A stretch of DNA of 64,000 nucleotides from assembly GCA_031835245.2 (NCBI GenBank), contig JAVKOQ020000062.1:124001-188000 (forward strand), given 5' to 3'. Both the position numbers and the translations under genes were made by a program. Numbering within the stretch: the first letter of the stretch is position 1; every line of letters starts with the position of its first letter. This DNA is from Balamuthia mandrillaris. Its lineage: Eukaryota. Shown one piece after another: positions 25,327 to 37,712 of this stretch. The notes under the pieces are model-generated. The model had not been told where the DNA came from, did no database searches, and was given only the letters and a program-made list of their open reading frames with translations.

Positions 25327-25705
25327 GGTCTTTAGCTTGTTTGCTTAGGGGGTTGTTCTGCTGTTCAGTTTGTTGTGTTGTTGTGAACGGACAAAAGATA
25401 AAAAAGATAAAGATAATAACAAGAGTTTCATGCTTTATTTGTATGTGGGGGGACGAACGAGACTGAAGATAAAGAGGAGAGCGAATGTTCTGTTTTTTCA
25501 GCTGTTTCCTCCCAGTTGGAAACTGATTTTCTTTCGGTTGCATGTCGGCCGCCCACTGCTTTGCACCTGGCCTTTCCTCGATCTTGCACCACCACCACCA
25601 CGGCTGTCATTTTCCATGATCTCTCTCTCTCTCTCTCTCTCGTCTCGCTCTCTCGCTCTCTCTCTCTCTCGCTCTCTCTCACTCTCTCGCTCTCCTTCTC
25701 GCTCC

Positions 25706-25741
<36 letters not shown>

Positions 25742-25914
25742 CTCCTTCTCGCTCCCGCACTTCTCCTTCTCGCTCTCGCAATCTCTTTCCTTGTGCTCCT
25801 CTCGTTCGCTCTTCTCGCTCTCTTTGCTCTCCTTGTCTTAGCCCTCTCTCTCATCTCTCCTCCTTCTCACCTGTCTCGATAAGACAAAAACAAAAATGCA
25901 AAAAAACAAACCTT

Positions 25915-27148
25915 TTAATTACATGAAGAAGCCCAAGGAGCAGACGAGAAGCAGCAAAGAAGCGGTAAATGGTCAGAGGGCAAGAACGGGCAAGGCAAGT
26001 CCTTCACGCCTTCCCGCTCCAACAAGCTCACCGGTGGCAAACACAACCGAGCCACCACCTCCAACGTTCGCTCCGTGTAAAAGATATAGTCCAAGGTGCC
26101 TTTAAAGTTGGCCGTGTAGTTGGTGAAAAGTGGCTCTTGAGGGAGTTGTTGTTGTTCGTTTTCTGTTTGTTCTTCCTTTTGACGTCGATGAACTTCATTC
26201 ATTTCAACTTCAGGTCGAGCACCAGAATAGTAGTTATCGTATCCGCTTCGAAAGTTCAACTCATGTTCAAAATGAAGCGATCGTCTCTTGTTCTTGTTCT
26301 TCTTCCTGTTTTGAGCTGTTCTTGGAGAGGACAAAGAACTCGAAGGAGGAGGAGAAGACGGAGAAGAATCTAAAGAAGAAGAAGAAGAGGAAGAGGAAGA
26401 AGAAGAATCTGTAGAAGTTGAGGAAGGAACAGAGCTCAAGTGAGGAAGAAGAACAGGTCCCCATTCTTCCTCTTCCAATCTGCCTCTAGTGGCATAGTTA
26501 TAGACAACGCTACCAGGGAGAGAGTTGAAGTCTCCACAGAGGATGACTTTGCTGCTTTCGGATCGGGTGCCAAGAGCAGAGCAAAGGTTGACACCACCCC
26601 TTCCCCTGTTCTTCTTGCGGCCGTGAAGAATGTCTTCGATGCTCTTAACGATATGATGCAGCTGAAGCAGCTTTACGTCCTCTTTCCTTGGATCCCAGTA
26701 GAGATGTGTGTTGACGACGAGCAGTCCCTCGCCTTCTTTTATCTCTTGTTCTTCTTGTTCTTCTTCTTCTCCTGTTTTTTCTTTTCTTGAAGAAGGGACA
26801 CAAGGTGAAGGTATGAGGACGACGCCAAGAGCAACGTTGTCGGTGCGTGAACGTATGGACGCGACTCCCTCATACTTTGCTACATCGTTGAGAAATAGCT
26901 CCACTTTTCGCACCAGTTGCCATCTTTTTGTTTTTTTTTTGAGAGAGTGAGTTTCAAGTTAACAAGCATTTGAGTGGAGAGGAGATCATCCAAACTTTGA
27001 TTTTTTCCAAAAGGTGGCACAGCCGTCACGCTTTCCGCCTGTGCGTGGGAGAAAGGCCCCATCATAGCCCTTCCTCAACAACATGGGCCAAAAGAAGTCT
27101 CTAAAGTGATCAACCTTTGACCATCACGAAGAAATATTCGATGAGAAC

Positions 27149-27183
<35 letters not shown>

Positions 27184-27575
27184 CACACCTCCTGAAGACA
27201 GATGATGTCTGGATTCAGTAGTTCCAACTGCTGCTGCAACAGACCGGCGCGATAGGGCCACAAGGCGTGAGCCGGCGAACCTGTCCCCAGCGCCTGTGAG
27301 CAGTAGATCTCGGCCAACACGTTGTAGGTCAGCACCTTGACGGTGTCCGCAAAGCGCTCCCATACGGGCTTGGCTTCGCCGTCGCTCACCGACCGCTCTC
27401 CCTCGAGAGCCTCCTCGGCTGGTTTGACGGGCAACAAACGAAAATAGGGGTGGGCCGACCCTTCCATGTTTCTTTCTTCCTCAGCCAAAAGGCAACGCGC
27501 TGGTGTTGGCGTTCGGTAACGTTTGGCCAACGTGATGGTTGAGCGGCACCACTCGACCAAAAAACCCTGGTCCAA
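25915..27575 (-). CDS. CCR4/nocturnin/PDE12-like EEP nuclease/phosphatase (further 5' exons probably extend towards ~28010)
   Basis: VLTYNVLA, PDIICLQEV, VVNTHLYWDP, ILCGDFNSLP, FTNYTANFKGTLDYIFY and PSDHLPL. The start codon could not be resolved. Confidence 0.9.
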
Positions 27576-28607
27576 CTCACCGAGGCGGAGCGTGATGTCA
27601 TGCTTATCATACGCACGCGCAGCGACAGGCTGATGTCAGCAGCGGAAAAACTTTTGCGAAGAGGAGCAATTTTCGTCCAAGAGCTCTTGGTCGCCGCAGG
27701 GAAGACAGAACCAAGAATAACACGTCACGCTATTCCCCTTTGTCTCTGTGGGAAAATACATGACTCCTCAATACTTATGTCCACCCTGCGGTGCTACAGG
27801 TCAAACTGAGGTGCGTTTGCACTGGCGACAGGGGGCATAGAACAGAAAGCAAAGGCAAAAGGAACGAAGCAACAACAGCTGCTCTACCAGTTCTACCTCC
27901 GCACGGCCTCCATCTATCCCCAAATCTGGCACAAAAAAAAAGTAGTGTGACCAAAAAGACGAAAGTGCCGGAGATGGTAGGCGCGGTGGTTCCTGTGGTT
28001 ACCAACATGACCAAACGGAGGAGAGGCGATGCTGAAGTTTCCTTGTGCACCTCCGCGGAGTTCACTTTTTTCTTCTTTCTTTGCTTTTTTTCGTCCGTGG
28101 ATTATTCGAATATTTGAAGCGGAAGGAATTAGAGTAAAAAGCGCAGGAACTTCCGGTCCACAAATTTCTTGGTTTTTGGTAAACGGAGAGAGATCCTTGT
28201 AGAGGCGTGTCGTAGGTGAATAAATTAGGGAACTAAACATAGGGATTATGGCACCTTATCGGGATGCATCGGAAGGATGAATCTAAATATTCCTTTTTCT
28301 TTACCAACGTGGACCTTATTTGCGCATTTAGCCGGTTTAATCCCACCTTAAAATCACAATTCAACACATTGGGTTGAGGTGGCCCTCGGCAAGGTTGACT
28401 ACCTGCAACGGGCCTTTGAGAAAATGGACATGGACGACTTGAGGTTTTTTTTCTTTTCTTTTTTTACTTTCGCAACGATAACAAGTCGAACACACGCCCA
28501 CCCATCCCCCTTCTTTCTTTTCATTCCTAAAAGAAAACCACAAAAAAATAAAAAAAACCACAAACAAAAAACAAACAAAAAAAAACATAATAGCCTGGTT
28601 AGTAACT

Positions 28608-28639
<32 letters not shown>

Positions 28640-28812
28640 GATTTTTTTTAAATGTTTTGTTGTGGTGTTGGAGGAGCGTGAAGTAGTTATTTTTTTTTTT
28701 GAATTCCCTGATGCTAACTTCACTTCCACTTCATTATCATCGAACTACCACTACATTTTTTTTAAACATAGAAAACAAAAAAAAAAAGTAGTGCCTAGGA
28801 ACAAGAAAAAGC

Positions 28813-29935
28813 ATGTCAGCAAGTATAAGCAGTAGCAGTAGTGGCTCAGAGAGTGACTCGGAGCCTCCGGAGCTGCACACCACCCCCGCCACGCATGAGG
28901 ACGAGAAGCACGAGAGCGGAGGGGCAGACATCGAGATGCAGCCCCTGAAAAGCTCCACCAGCAAGGAGGGCTCGGGCTCCGAAAAGAAAAACAAGAGCAA
29001 TACTGCCTCTGAAAAGTCACCTTCTGGCAGCGACGCGGAGGGTCTCATCGGAGAAGCTCCAATCGATGCAGTACGTTCACCAAAAATATTTTTCTCCTGT
29101 ATCTCATCTTTTATTGTTTTGCTTGTCTCCTATGTTTTGTGAAAAAAAAAAAAGGTATTGAAACACTTGAGAGCATCCAGAAATGGGCTCGATGCTGAAG
29201 AAGTACGAGCGCGCCTCGAGCAATACGGACCTAACAAACTACCGGAGAAGAAAGGTACACAACTTATTTCTTTTCTTTTTTCCTTCTCTTTTCATTTTCG
29301 AAGAATCTTTTTTTTTGGGGTCTTACCAAACAAAACAAAAAAAAAAACACAAATAAAATAATAACCAGTAAATCCCCTGTTGCAGTTTTTGCTGTTCTTC
29401 TGGAACCCATTGTCATGGGCCATGGAGGTGGCGGCCGTTCTGGCCATGGTCCTGGGTGATTACGTTGACTTCATCCTCATCATGCTGCTCCTCGTGTTGA
29501 ACGCCGTCATCGGTTTCTGGGAAGAGCACTCCTCCGGCAAGGCCATGGAGGCTCTCAAGGGTCAGCTCGCCCCTTTGGCCACCTGTCTCAGAGACGGGCA
29601 GTTCTCGGACATCAGCGCCTTTGACCTCGTTCCAGGAGACATTATTCACTTGACGCTGGGAGACGTCGTGCCAGCGGACGTGAAGTTGTTAGAGGGAGAA
29701 AGCGTTAAGCTGGACCAGTCCTCTTTGACGGGTGAGAGTTTGCCGGTGAACAAGTACAGTGGCGATGAGGTCTTTGCAGGAAGCACTGTGAAAGAGGGAG
29801 ACATCAATGCCGTGGTCTACGCCACAGGTATTCGAACGTTCTTCGGAAGAGCTGCTAACCTGGTTTCTGGCACGGAGAGTCATGTAAGCTCTGTTACTCT
29901 TTGCTAGTTCCCATTTGTTGTTTGTTTTGGGACTT

Positions 29936-29969
<34 letters not shown>

Positions 29970-32354
29970 GGGTCATTTCCAAACCGTGTTGAAGACGATC
30001 GGTTTCTTCTGCTTATCATTCATTGCTGTGGGTGTTGCTGTAGAACTCATCGTTCAGTTTGCCATTAAAGGGGAGGACTGCACTGGTGTCGAGTGGAGTA
30101 AGGATATCCTCTTTCTCTATCTCTCTCCCTCTCGCCCTCTCTCTTGTAACACGTTTTTTATTACCAGGTGGCGATTTGTGCGTACCACTGACAAACATTC
30201 TCGTACTTATTATGGGTGGCATTCCTATTGCAATGCCTACGGTCCTTTCTGTGACCATGTACGTTTTTTATTTGTTTTCCTTCTTTTCACTCAACCGCCT
30301 TCTAATTGTTCGCTGTACTCCTGCCTCTATTTTGATACCCCTTCCTTCTTTTTTTAAAAGGGCAATGGGCGCTGCTCGCTTGGCCAAAAAGAACGCCATC
30401 GTGGCAAGGCTCACTGCAGTGGAAGAAGTTGCCGGCATGGACATTCTTTGCTCCGACAAGACCGGTACGCTCACCTTGAACCAGTTGACGGTTGGCGACC
30501 CGCGTGTCTTCAGCGAGGAGTTCACGGAGAGAAGCATTATCTTTGATGCCGCTCTTGCTGCCTCGGTACTTCATATCATCCGTCTTTCTCTTTATTGTTG
30601 TTAGTGTTCGTGTTAGTGTTAGTGTTTCCGTTTTTAATGTTTGGTGGTTGTTGTATTTTTGTTGTATTTTTGTAATTGTGTAAAGAGTTCTGTTGTTATT
30701 GACCTAAAATTGCTGATTGCGTTTTTCTTTGGGACATTTACAGCAAGTAAGCCCGGACGCGATTGACACCGCGATGTTGAATAGTCTTACAGAGGAAGAA
30801 CGGAAACAGTTGGACACTCATGAGGTAATCAAGTACAAACCCTTTGATCCTATCTCGAAGAGAAGTACCGCCGTCGTCATGCATCCCAAAGGAGAATACT
30901 TCAAAACTGCAAAAGGCGCTCCACAAGTGGTATGCTTCCTTTCCAGTCGAGTGATGTGTGTTTCTTCTGCGCAATTTTTAATCCAATCTTCAATATTGTG
31001 GGTTTAGATTTTGAATATGGCACATAACAAAGAGGAAATTGAAGATGACATCAACGCACTGATTGATGAATACGCAGGCAAAGGTTTTCGTACGCTCGGT
31101 GTTGCTCGTGCTGCACCAGATGAGGGCGAAGATCCAACTAACCCAGACGCCTACACCTCATGGACCATGGAAGGGTAATCATTTTAGTTTCTTTATTTAT
31201 CCTCTTCTTGTTCTTGTTCTTGTTTTCTTTCTTAGTCTTTATCTGCTGCTTGTCTTTGCCTTCATTGCCTGACATTCTCGTCTCTTTTACTTGTTTTTAG
31301 CTTGATTCCTTTGTATGATCCTCCACGACATGACACGGAAGAGGTTATCCGCAAGGTGCAAGAAAACGGCATTCAAGTGAAGATGATAACAGGCGATCAG
31401 ATGGCCATTGCCGTCGAAACGGCCCGTCAACTGGGCATGGGTCAGAAAATTTATAACCCGAAAGCTTGTACGCATTTTCCTCTTTCTTTTTTTTCGCTGC
31501 CGTTATCCTTTTGTCGCCTTGCTTCTTCTCTTAATTTTTAATCCTCCTCGCCTGCTTCTGAACTATAATTTTTTGTATTCTTCAGTGGAGGATGCCGGAG
31601 AGAACAGTCATTTGGTGGAAGAAGCAGATGGTTTCTCGCAAGTCTTCCCCGAGCACAAATACGACATTGTGGCCAGGCTTCAAAAGTTTGGGCATACCGT
31701 CGGCATGACTGGTGACGGTGTTAACGATGGTAACAAAAAGCCACACTTTTTTCCTCTTATTTGTTGTTAACTCGGTTTTTTGTTTGTTATCTCCATTAGC
31801 TCCTGCCTTAAAGAAAGCAGACATCGGTATTGCCGTCGCTGACGCTACGGATGCGGCGCGAGCTGGTACCTCCTTTTTTTTTAAAGAAAAAATCTTCTTT
31901 TGATTACTCTGTTTCCTTATTTCTTTGGCAATACAGAGCTAACAGATTTTTTTAAAAAAAAGCTTCTGACATCGTGTTGCTGTCTCCTGGTTTGGGCGTA
32001 ATCGTGGATGCCATTTTTGGAAGCCGCAAAATCTTTCAGCGGATGAGGAACTACACGATTTACAGTGTGTCCTCCACCGTTCGTATAGTACTCACCTTCA
32101 CCATCCTTACACTTGCCTACGACTTTTACTTTCCTACTATTCTTATCGCCATTTTGGCCGTATTGAACGATGGTTTGTAGATTCTTTTCTTTCTTTTGTT
32201 TAATCGGTTTTTTAACACTTTTTGTCAACCACCTACTCAGGAACCATTTTGACGATTTCTAAGGACCGAGCAAAACCAAGTCAAACTCCCGATGAATGGA
32301 ATTTGCCGGTCATTTTCTGTCTCTCCATCGTTATCGGCGTGTATTTAACCGTAT

Positions 32355-32390
<36 letters not shown>

Positions 32391-33649
32391 TCCCCCCCCC
32401 TCTCTCTCTCTCTCCCTCTCTCTCTCTCTCCCTCGCGTAAATTTGTTATTAACGGTTTTCGCGCTTTTTATCGCAGATTTCAACTATTGTTTTATTTATT
32501 ATTGTGGAGGAAACCACCTGGTTCGAGGATTGGTTCACTCTTGACACGCTAGATTTTGATCGCATTCGAGGCCTCGTGTACATTCAAGTCTCCTTGAGCG
32601 CTCAATCCGCCATTTTTGTGACGAGAAGCAACACTTGGTTCTTCAAGTGCGTTCTCTCTCTTTCTCTTGGTATTCCCTTTCTTTATGTTCGGGTGATAAT
32701 AACTCCTTTCCTTTTTCTCTTCCTTTCAAAGATCACGACCCTCCTATTTGCTTATAGCAGCTTTTCTGCTTGCTCAGATTGGAGCCACAATTATCGGCAT
32801 ATTGTACGCCTCTTCTCTCTCCCTCTCCCTCTGGCTCTTGATCGTCACTTTCCTGTGTTGACCCAAACCAAGTAAACTAACACCAAAACATTGTTTGGCT
32901 TTAGTGGATTCAACGGCTATCCCGATGGAACTGAGTTCAGAGGGTGTGGTTGGGGTTACGCCTTGCTGGCATGGATTTGGTGTGGCCTTTGGTTTATCCC
33001 ATTGGACCCCATCAAAGTCTTGACCTACCGCATTGTCACTTTGGTTATCAAAGGTTTGTTCTTTTTTGTTCTTTCTATTGAAGCGTTCTTTTTTCTAATG
33101 TATTTTTTAACCAATACAGCGAAGCCATTGAAGAGAACAAAGAAATTGTTTGGTCACCCTGTCTACGGCCGTTTCGGCAAGAAGCAACCGAGCTTGGGTG
33201 CTGCTTGGCCCCAACTGCCCGTAGAACCCCCAAGCCCAGACGACATCAACAACATCGCTCAAGCGGTGCACCGCGCCTCCTTTGACAGCACGGAACCGCC
33301 CAGGCCCGTACGCAAGGACAGCAAGGAAAACGCTGGACAAAGGCTGAGAAGGCTGAAAAAGTTCGCGGATCTCTCCACGTTTGCTGCAAGTTTGGAGCAG
33401 ATGCCGCCTCGTGTGAAGAAGAGTGGCGTGGGCGCTTCTTACGTTGGGCACTTATCGGACAGTCATCAAGGAAAAGGCGGCATGTACGGAGATGACGACG
33501 ACGATGAGGTATATGGAGAGGAGCAGATGCAGCACCAGAGGAGGAAGCAAAGAAAGGAGGCGGAGGAGGAAGAGGACGAAACGACCACCACGACATCCAC
33601 TGCTACGGATGGCGGAAGCGAAAGCGAAAGCGACACGGATACAGATTAA
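28813..33649 (+). CDS. PMA1: Plasma-membrane P3A-type H+-ATPase (many introns)
   Basis: [57 protein letters not shown] (phospho-Asp), [38 protein letters not shown] and ILAVLNDG. Confidence 0.97.
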
Positions 33650-33733
33650 AAACAAAAACAAATAACAAATAAATCAAATTCCATAATAACAAGCTGAGTG
33701 CCTGTCGACACGTATTTTTGGAAAAAATGGAAT

Positions 33734-33812
33734 CGTTCTCCCCTGGAGTCGAACCCAAGACAGGCCTTTGAAATTTCATTCACAGGCTACGGAAATTTCA
33801 TTTGAAAGAACG
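33734..33812 (-). ncRNA. tRNA-sized structured element with a B-box and oligo-T terminator (possible Pol III RNA or tRNA pseudogene)
   Basis: On the minus strand: terminal stem CGTTCTTTC/GGGGAGAACG, internal hairpin TGAAATTTC/GAAATTTCA, T-arm-like CTTGG-GTTCGACT-CCAGG, then T6 at 33727-33722. No canonical D or anticodon arm. Confidence 0.4.
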
Positions 33813-33918
33813 AGAAATTTGAGACAAATTTGTAATTAATTTCGGAGTTTTTATGGATCCGGCAAACAACAAAAAACCACAACAAAAAAAAAAGAAAGAC
33901 AAAAAACACACCGAAAAA

Positions 33919-34104
33919 ATGTGCTACCAAACCAAGTGCGGCAAATGCGGGAAGATTACCTGGGGGGGCTGTGGTCGACACATCGAAAGCGCCCTAAGAG
34001 GAGTGCCTGAGGAACAACGGTGTCATTGCCGTGAAGCCAACGGGTCAGCATCTGCTGCCGGAGGAGCCAAGCCGGACGAAGGCGGTATGTGCCTCTTGTC
34101 GTAA
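33919..34104 (+). CDS. 61-aa cysteine-rich microprotein with a C-terminal CaaX motif
   Basis: MCYQTKCGKCGKITWGGCGRHIESALRGVPEEQRCHC...GMCLLS*; A-rich context before the ATG, as in neighbouring genes. Confidence 0.75.
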   Translation: MCYQTKCGKCGKITWGGCGRHIESALRGVPEEQRCHCREANGSASAAGGAKPDEGGMCLLS

Positions 34105-34257
34105 CAGCTTTTACTATTTTGAATATGTTCTCTTCTTGAGGAGGGATTGCCGATCTTTGATGTATGCACTCACTCACTCGTTTGTATTTACTAAAAAAAA
34201 ACAATAGCAAAACGTTCTCACTGAGCAGTTGTTTTTGTTATTTTTTTTTTCATCTGC

Positions 34258-34482
34258 CTAAAAGTTCTTCTCTTTCTTGCCAAAGTTGAGCCATGCTCTT
34301 CTGCGCCGCGTTGATAACCGTTGCAACTCGTCTCCACGTTTACGTTCTCTGCAATGTTTGTTGAGAGAGAGAGAGAGAGAGAGAGAAGAGAGAGGGAGAT
34401 ACAGAGAGGCAGAGAGAGAGAGAGGGAGACAAACAGAGAAGCAGAGAGAGAGAGAGAGAGAGTGAGGAAGGAGGGAGAAAGC

Positions 34483-34515
<33 letters not shown>

Positions 34516-36032
34516 GAGGCCAGATTATTGAAGAGCGAGAAGAGAGAAAAGAAGTATAAAAATTAGCAAAAAAACACGAAAAAAAACAATATGTCGAACC
34601 TCGTTTGTGCCCAGAACAACAAGTAAAAGATGAGGATGCAAGCCGCCACAATGACCATGAATATCCACCACAGAATTTGTCCCAATACGCTCATCTTCCC
34701 TCTCTCTTGCTATAAAGTTGATAAGAAACAGCATGAAAAAAGAAGAGAAAACAAAGAAGAAGATACATACAGCGACAATAACTTGGTCAGGTACATAGTT
34801 GCAGGTAAGGGCATCACAAAACTGGCGAGTGAAGAGGCCATTGAGGCGATGGGCCACGTCGCTCTCACCCGTAGGAAAGCATTTGTGCATGAGGTTCTGA
34901 CATTTGAAGCGCAGCTTTTCCATGGTGATGGGATTGCAGGCGGAGACCTGCACCTCGTTTTCCTCCTCTTGGCAGCGGAACAGGTCGAAATAGTCTCCCA
35001 GGCAGACGTCACCATCCTTTTGGTTGTTTTGTCGGCTTGTTATTTGGGAAGAAAGAAGCAGCAGCAGCAGAAGAAGAAGAACAAGAACAAGAAGAAGAAG
35101 AAGAAGAAGAACAAGAACAAGAAGAAGAACAAGAACAAGAAGAAGAACAAGAACAAGAACAAGAACAAGAACAAGAAGAAGAACAAGAACAAGAACAAGA
35201 ACAAGAACAAGAACAAGAACAAGAACAAGAACAAGAAAAAGAAGAAGAACAAGAAAAAGAAGAAGGAGAAGAAGAAGAAGAAGAAGAAGAAGAAGAAGAA
35301 CAAGAACAAGAACAAGAACTCAGAAGAAAAAGAGGAAGGAGAAGAAGAAGAAGAAGAAGAGCAAGAAGAACAACAACAAGAACAGAACGAAGAACAAGAA
35401 GAAGAACAAGACGAAGAATAGAAGGAATAATAACCAAGTTTAGAAAGAGAAACTACATACCTCGACCAGTTCTTCAAGATGGGCAGACTTTATGTGTTCG
35501 TAGAGGTACTCCTCCTCGCTGAAGCTCTTTCTGCATATCTTGCACTTCCACTTGGTGCGGCTGCGCTGCCGTTTGTGCTGCTCCAGAGTGCGCAGCTTGT
35601 CCCTGGCTGGATGCAACGGGCAATCGGGTGCCAGCTCAAAGTCCTCTTGATCAATCACTGGAAAGACTTTCTGTTCATCAACATAGAGAGAGAGAGAGAG
35701 AAAGAGAGTTCAGCAAGAAGAACCAGAAGAAGTCAACTGTTTATAGACACGAGCCTCTTCTAACAAGTCACGTACGACTCGTGACTGAGTGCCAGAACAA
35801 GAAATGGCTTGTTCTGTTGTTCTGAACCCCAAAAAAAAAAAAAAAAAGAATGAGCGTCGATGTGGCGAGGAGGAGGGAGAGATTCCTAAAAAGGGGTTGG
35901 TTTTTACTTGGGAGCCGCTGAGCACCGAGGGACCTCAGCACATAGCAGAAAAACGCACGCGGCAGCAGCCAAAACAAAAGCCAAACCAAAGCGGCCCGGC
36001 CGCCGTTCGAGCACACAACTTCTCCTCATCAT
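34258..36032 (-). CDS. Secretory-pathway C2H2-type zinc-finger membrane protein (conserved plant/protist-type family)
   Basis: Signal peptide (MMRRSC..GLAFVLAAAACVFLLC), CPLHPARD..EQHK..WKCKICRKSF..YL.EHI..AH, CLGDYFDL, CFP..FTRQFCDALTC, a late TM helix and a basic tail. Confidence 0.8.
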
Positions 36033-36224
36033 CTTTTCTCTCTTCCTTTCTTCTCCTATGTTCAATCCTAGCCTATTAGACTATTATATTTCAGTCTATT
36101 ACTACCAAAAACAATGCTTTACAACAACATATTATTTATAAATATAATAGGCCCTTCCACCACAGGTTTCTTTTGTCTAATAGGTTTACATGTAATGCGG
36201 AAAATATAAAGCAAAAAAAAAATA

Positions 36225-36577
36225 GGGGAAAGGTAGAAGAGGTTGACGGCGTACCATGCGGGGTTAGAATGTTAAATTCTAGGGGGATCCCCGCCACGCC
36301 TCACGCCATCGAGGGTACGAGACGAACGGCAGGGATGAAACTTGTGTTATGGAGTTTAGCAACTCTCCTTAGTGGTCGTGGCCGCCAGGGTCTATACCGA
36401 CCCCAGCAGCCAACGTCCAAGTTCCCGAAGAAAGGTACTTGTTTTTCACAATGGTTCCATAAGGAGTGCGATCGGTACTCCGCTACTAACGTTCAGCTTT
36501 AAGTTGGTGGATAAACGAAGTAGCATGTGAAACATTTTTGCAACCAAAGTTACTTCTGAACCTTTTTTCTTTTCCCC
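36225..36577. ncRNA. Candidate structured non-coding RNA, unassigned
   Basis: GC-balanced intergenic island with many nested helices, a C(UUCG)G loop on the minus strand and oligo-T runs at both possible 3' ends. No convincing coding signal. Confidence 0.5.
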
Positions 36578-36844
36578 TTGAGGAAGAGCAAGGCTTGCCT
36601 CTCTCTCTTTGAACCGAAAACGCTGCGCTTCGCTTTGGCATTGTGGTTTGTCAACGAAAAAAAATCACTTATTTTTATAGGTATCAAGTCGACGTGATCG
36701 TTGGCACGTCGACACGGAATAAGCTGCCTTTTCGGGACATGAGCGTAGACAAAGTTACCCGTTCATATGGTGCGGAGATAGACACCGAGAGTGTGCAGCT
36801 ACCAATATTTGTAGACAAAGAAGAAAGAAGAGTTGTTTTGTTGG

Positions 36845-37677
36845 ATGCAAGCAGCAGCGGTGACTGCTACTACCACTGCTGCCTCCTCCATAACAACGCG
36901 CCTCTCCTCCGCCCTTTTCTCACTGACAACCGCTGCTACCAAACGTGTGTGGCCTATTCATTGTAGACCACTTACCCACCACAGCAACCAGCGTTTTTTT
37001 CGGATCAGCGTCTCCTCGACAGCTCCCTCTGCTGCTGCTGCTGCTTCCTCTTTTTCAGCTTCCATCACCCTCTGTCGAAGAGACTACCACTCCACCATGA
37101 TGAACCTTAGAGAGAGCCTCATCCCAACGCCAGGGGTAGAGCCTGACGACAAGGTTGACCTTGCCAGCGTGGAGCCCGTCAAATCCCAGAATGATGATCG
37201 TCTCTACAGAAGCATTTATCTCCCCAACAAACTTCAGGTTACGATCTTTTGTTTTTGTTTTTGTTTCGTTGTTGTTCTCCACTAATTGGGGTGGAGAAGA
37301 GCAGGTGTTGCTGGTTTCAGACCCGACCACGGACAAGGCGGCTGCTGGCATGGACGTTCGAGTGGGCCACTTTCAAGACCCGCACCAGATTCCTGGCCTT
37401 GCGCACTTTTGTGGTAAAATGCTTTGACTCTACTTCCTGTCTCTCTCGCTCACCACGCTTCTCCTCTCTTCTGTCTCTCTGTCTCTGTCTCTGTCTCTGT
37501 CTCTGTCTCTGTCTCTGTCTCTGTCTCTGTCTCTGTCTCTGTCTCTGTCTCTGTCTCTGTCTCTGTCTCTGTCTCTGTCTCTGTCTCTGTCTCTGTCTCT
37601 GTCTCTGTCTGTCTCTGTCTCTGTCTCTGTCTCTGTCTCTGTCTCTGTCTCTGTCTCTGTCTCTGTCTCTGTCTCTG

Positions 37678-37712
<35 letters not shown>

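Noticed and set aside
25370..25926. RE/RS-rich ORFs resembling SR proteins
   Set aside because: Translation of a (TC)n/(TCGC)n intergenic tract, with no RRM or other domain.
33734..33812. tRNA-Sec or tRNA-His assignment
   Set aside because: TTCAAA and CTGTGAA loops are present but neither is flanked by a pairing anticodon stem, and there is no long variable arm.
34630..35522. Poly-K/N, poly-E/Q, poly-R/T and poly-L/F ORFs here and at similar tracts
   Set aside because: Six-frame translations of intronic GAA/GAACAA microsatellites, which lack stop codons.
36258..36270. CTAACCCC as a telomerase RNA template
   Set aside because: It is not 1.5 copies of a telomeric repeat, it is base-paired in a stem, and it lies near the presumed 3' end, not 5' of the pseudoknot.
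36379..36412. SRP helix 8-like CCAGG...AGCAG
   Set aside because: An extra CCC breaks the symmetric loop geometry, there is no GNRA loop, and the G-U pattern favours the opposite strand.
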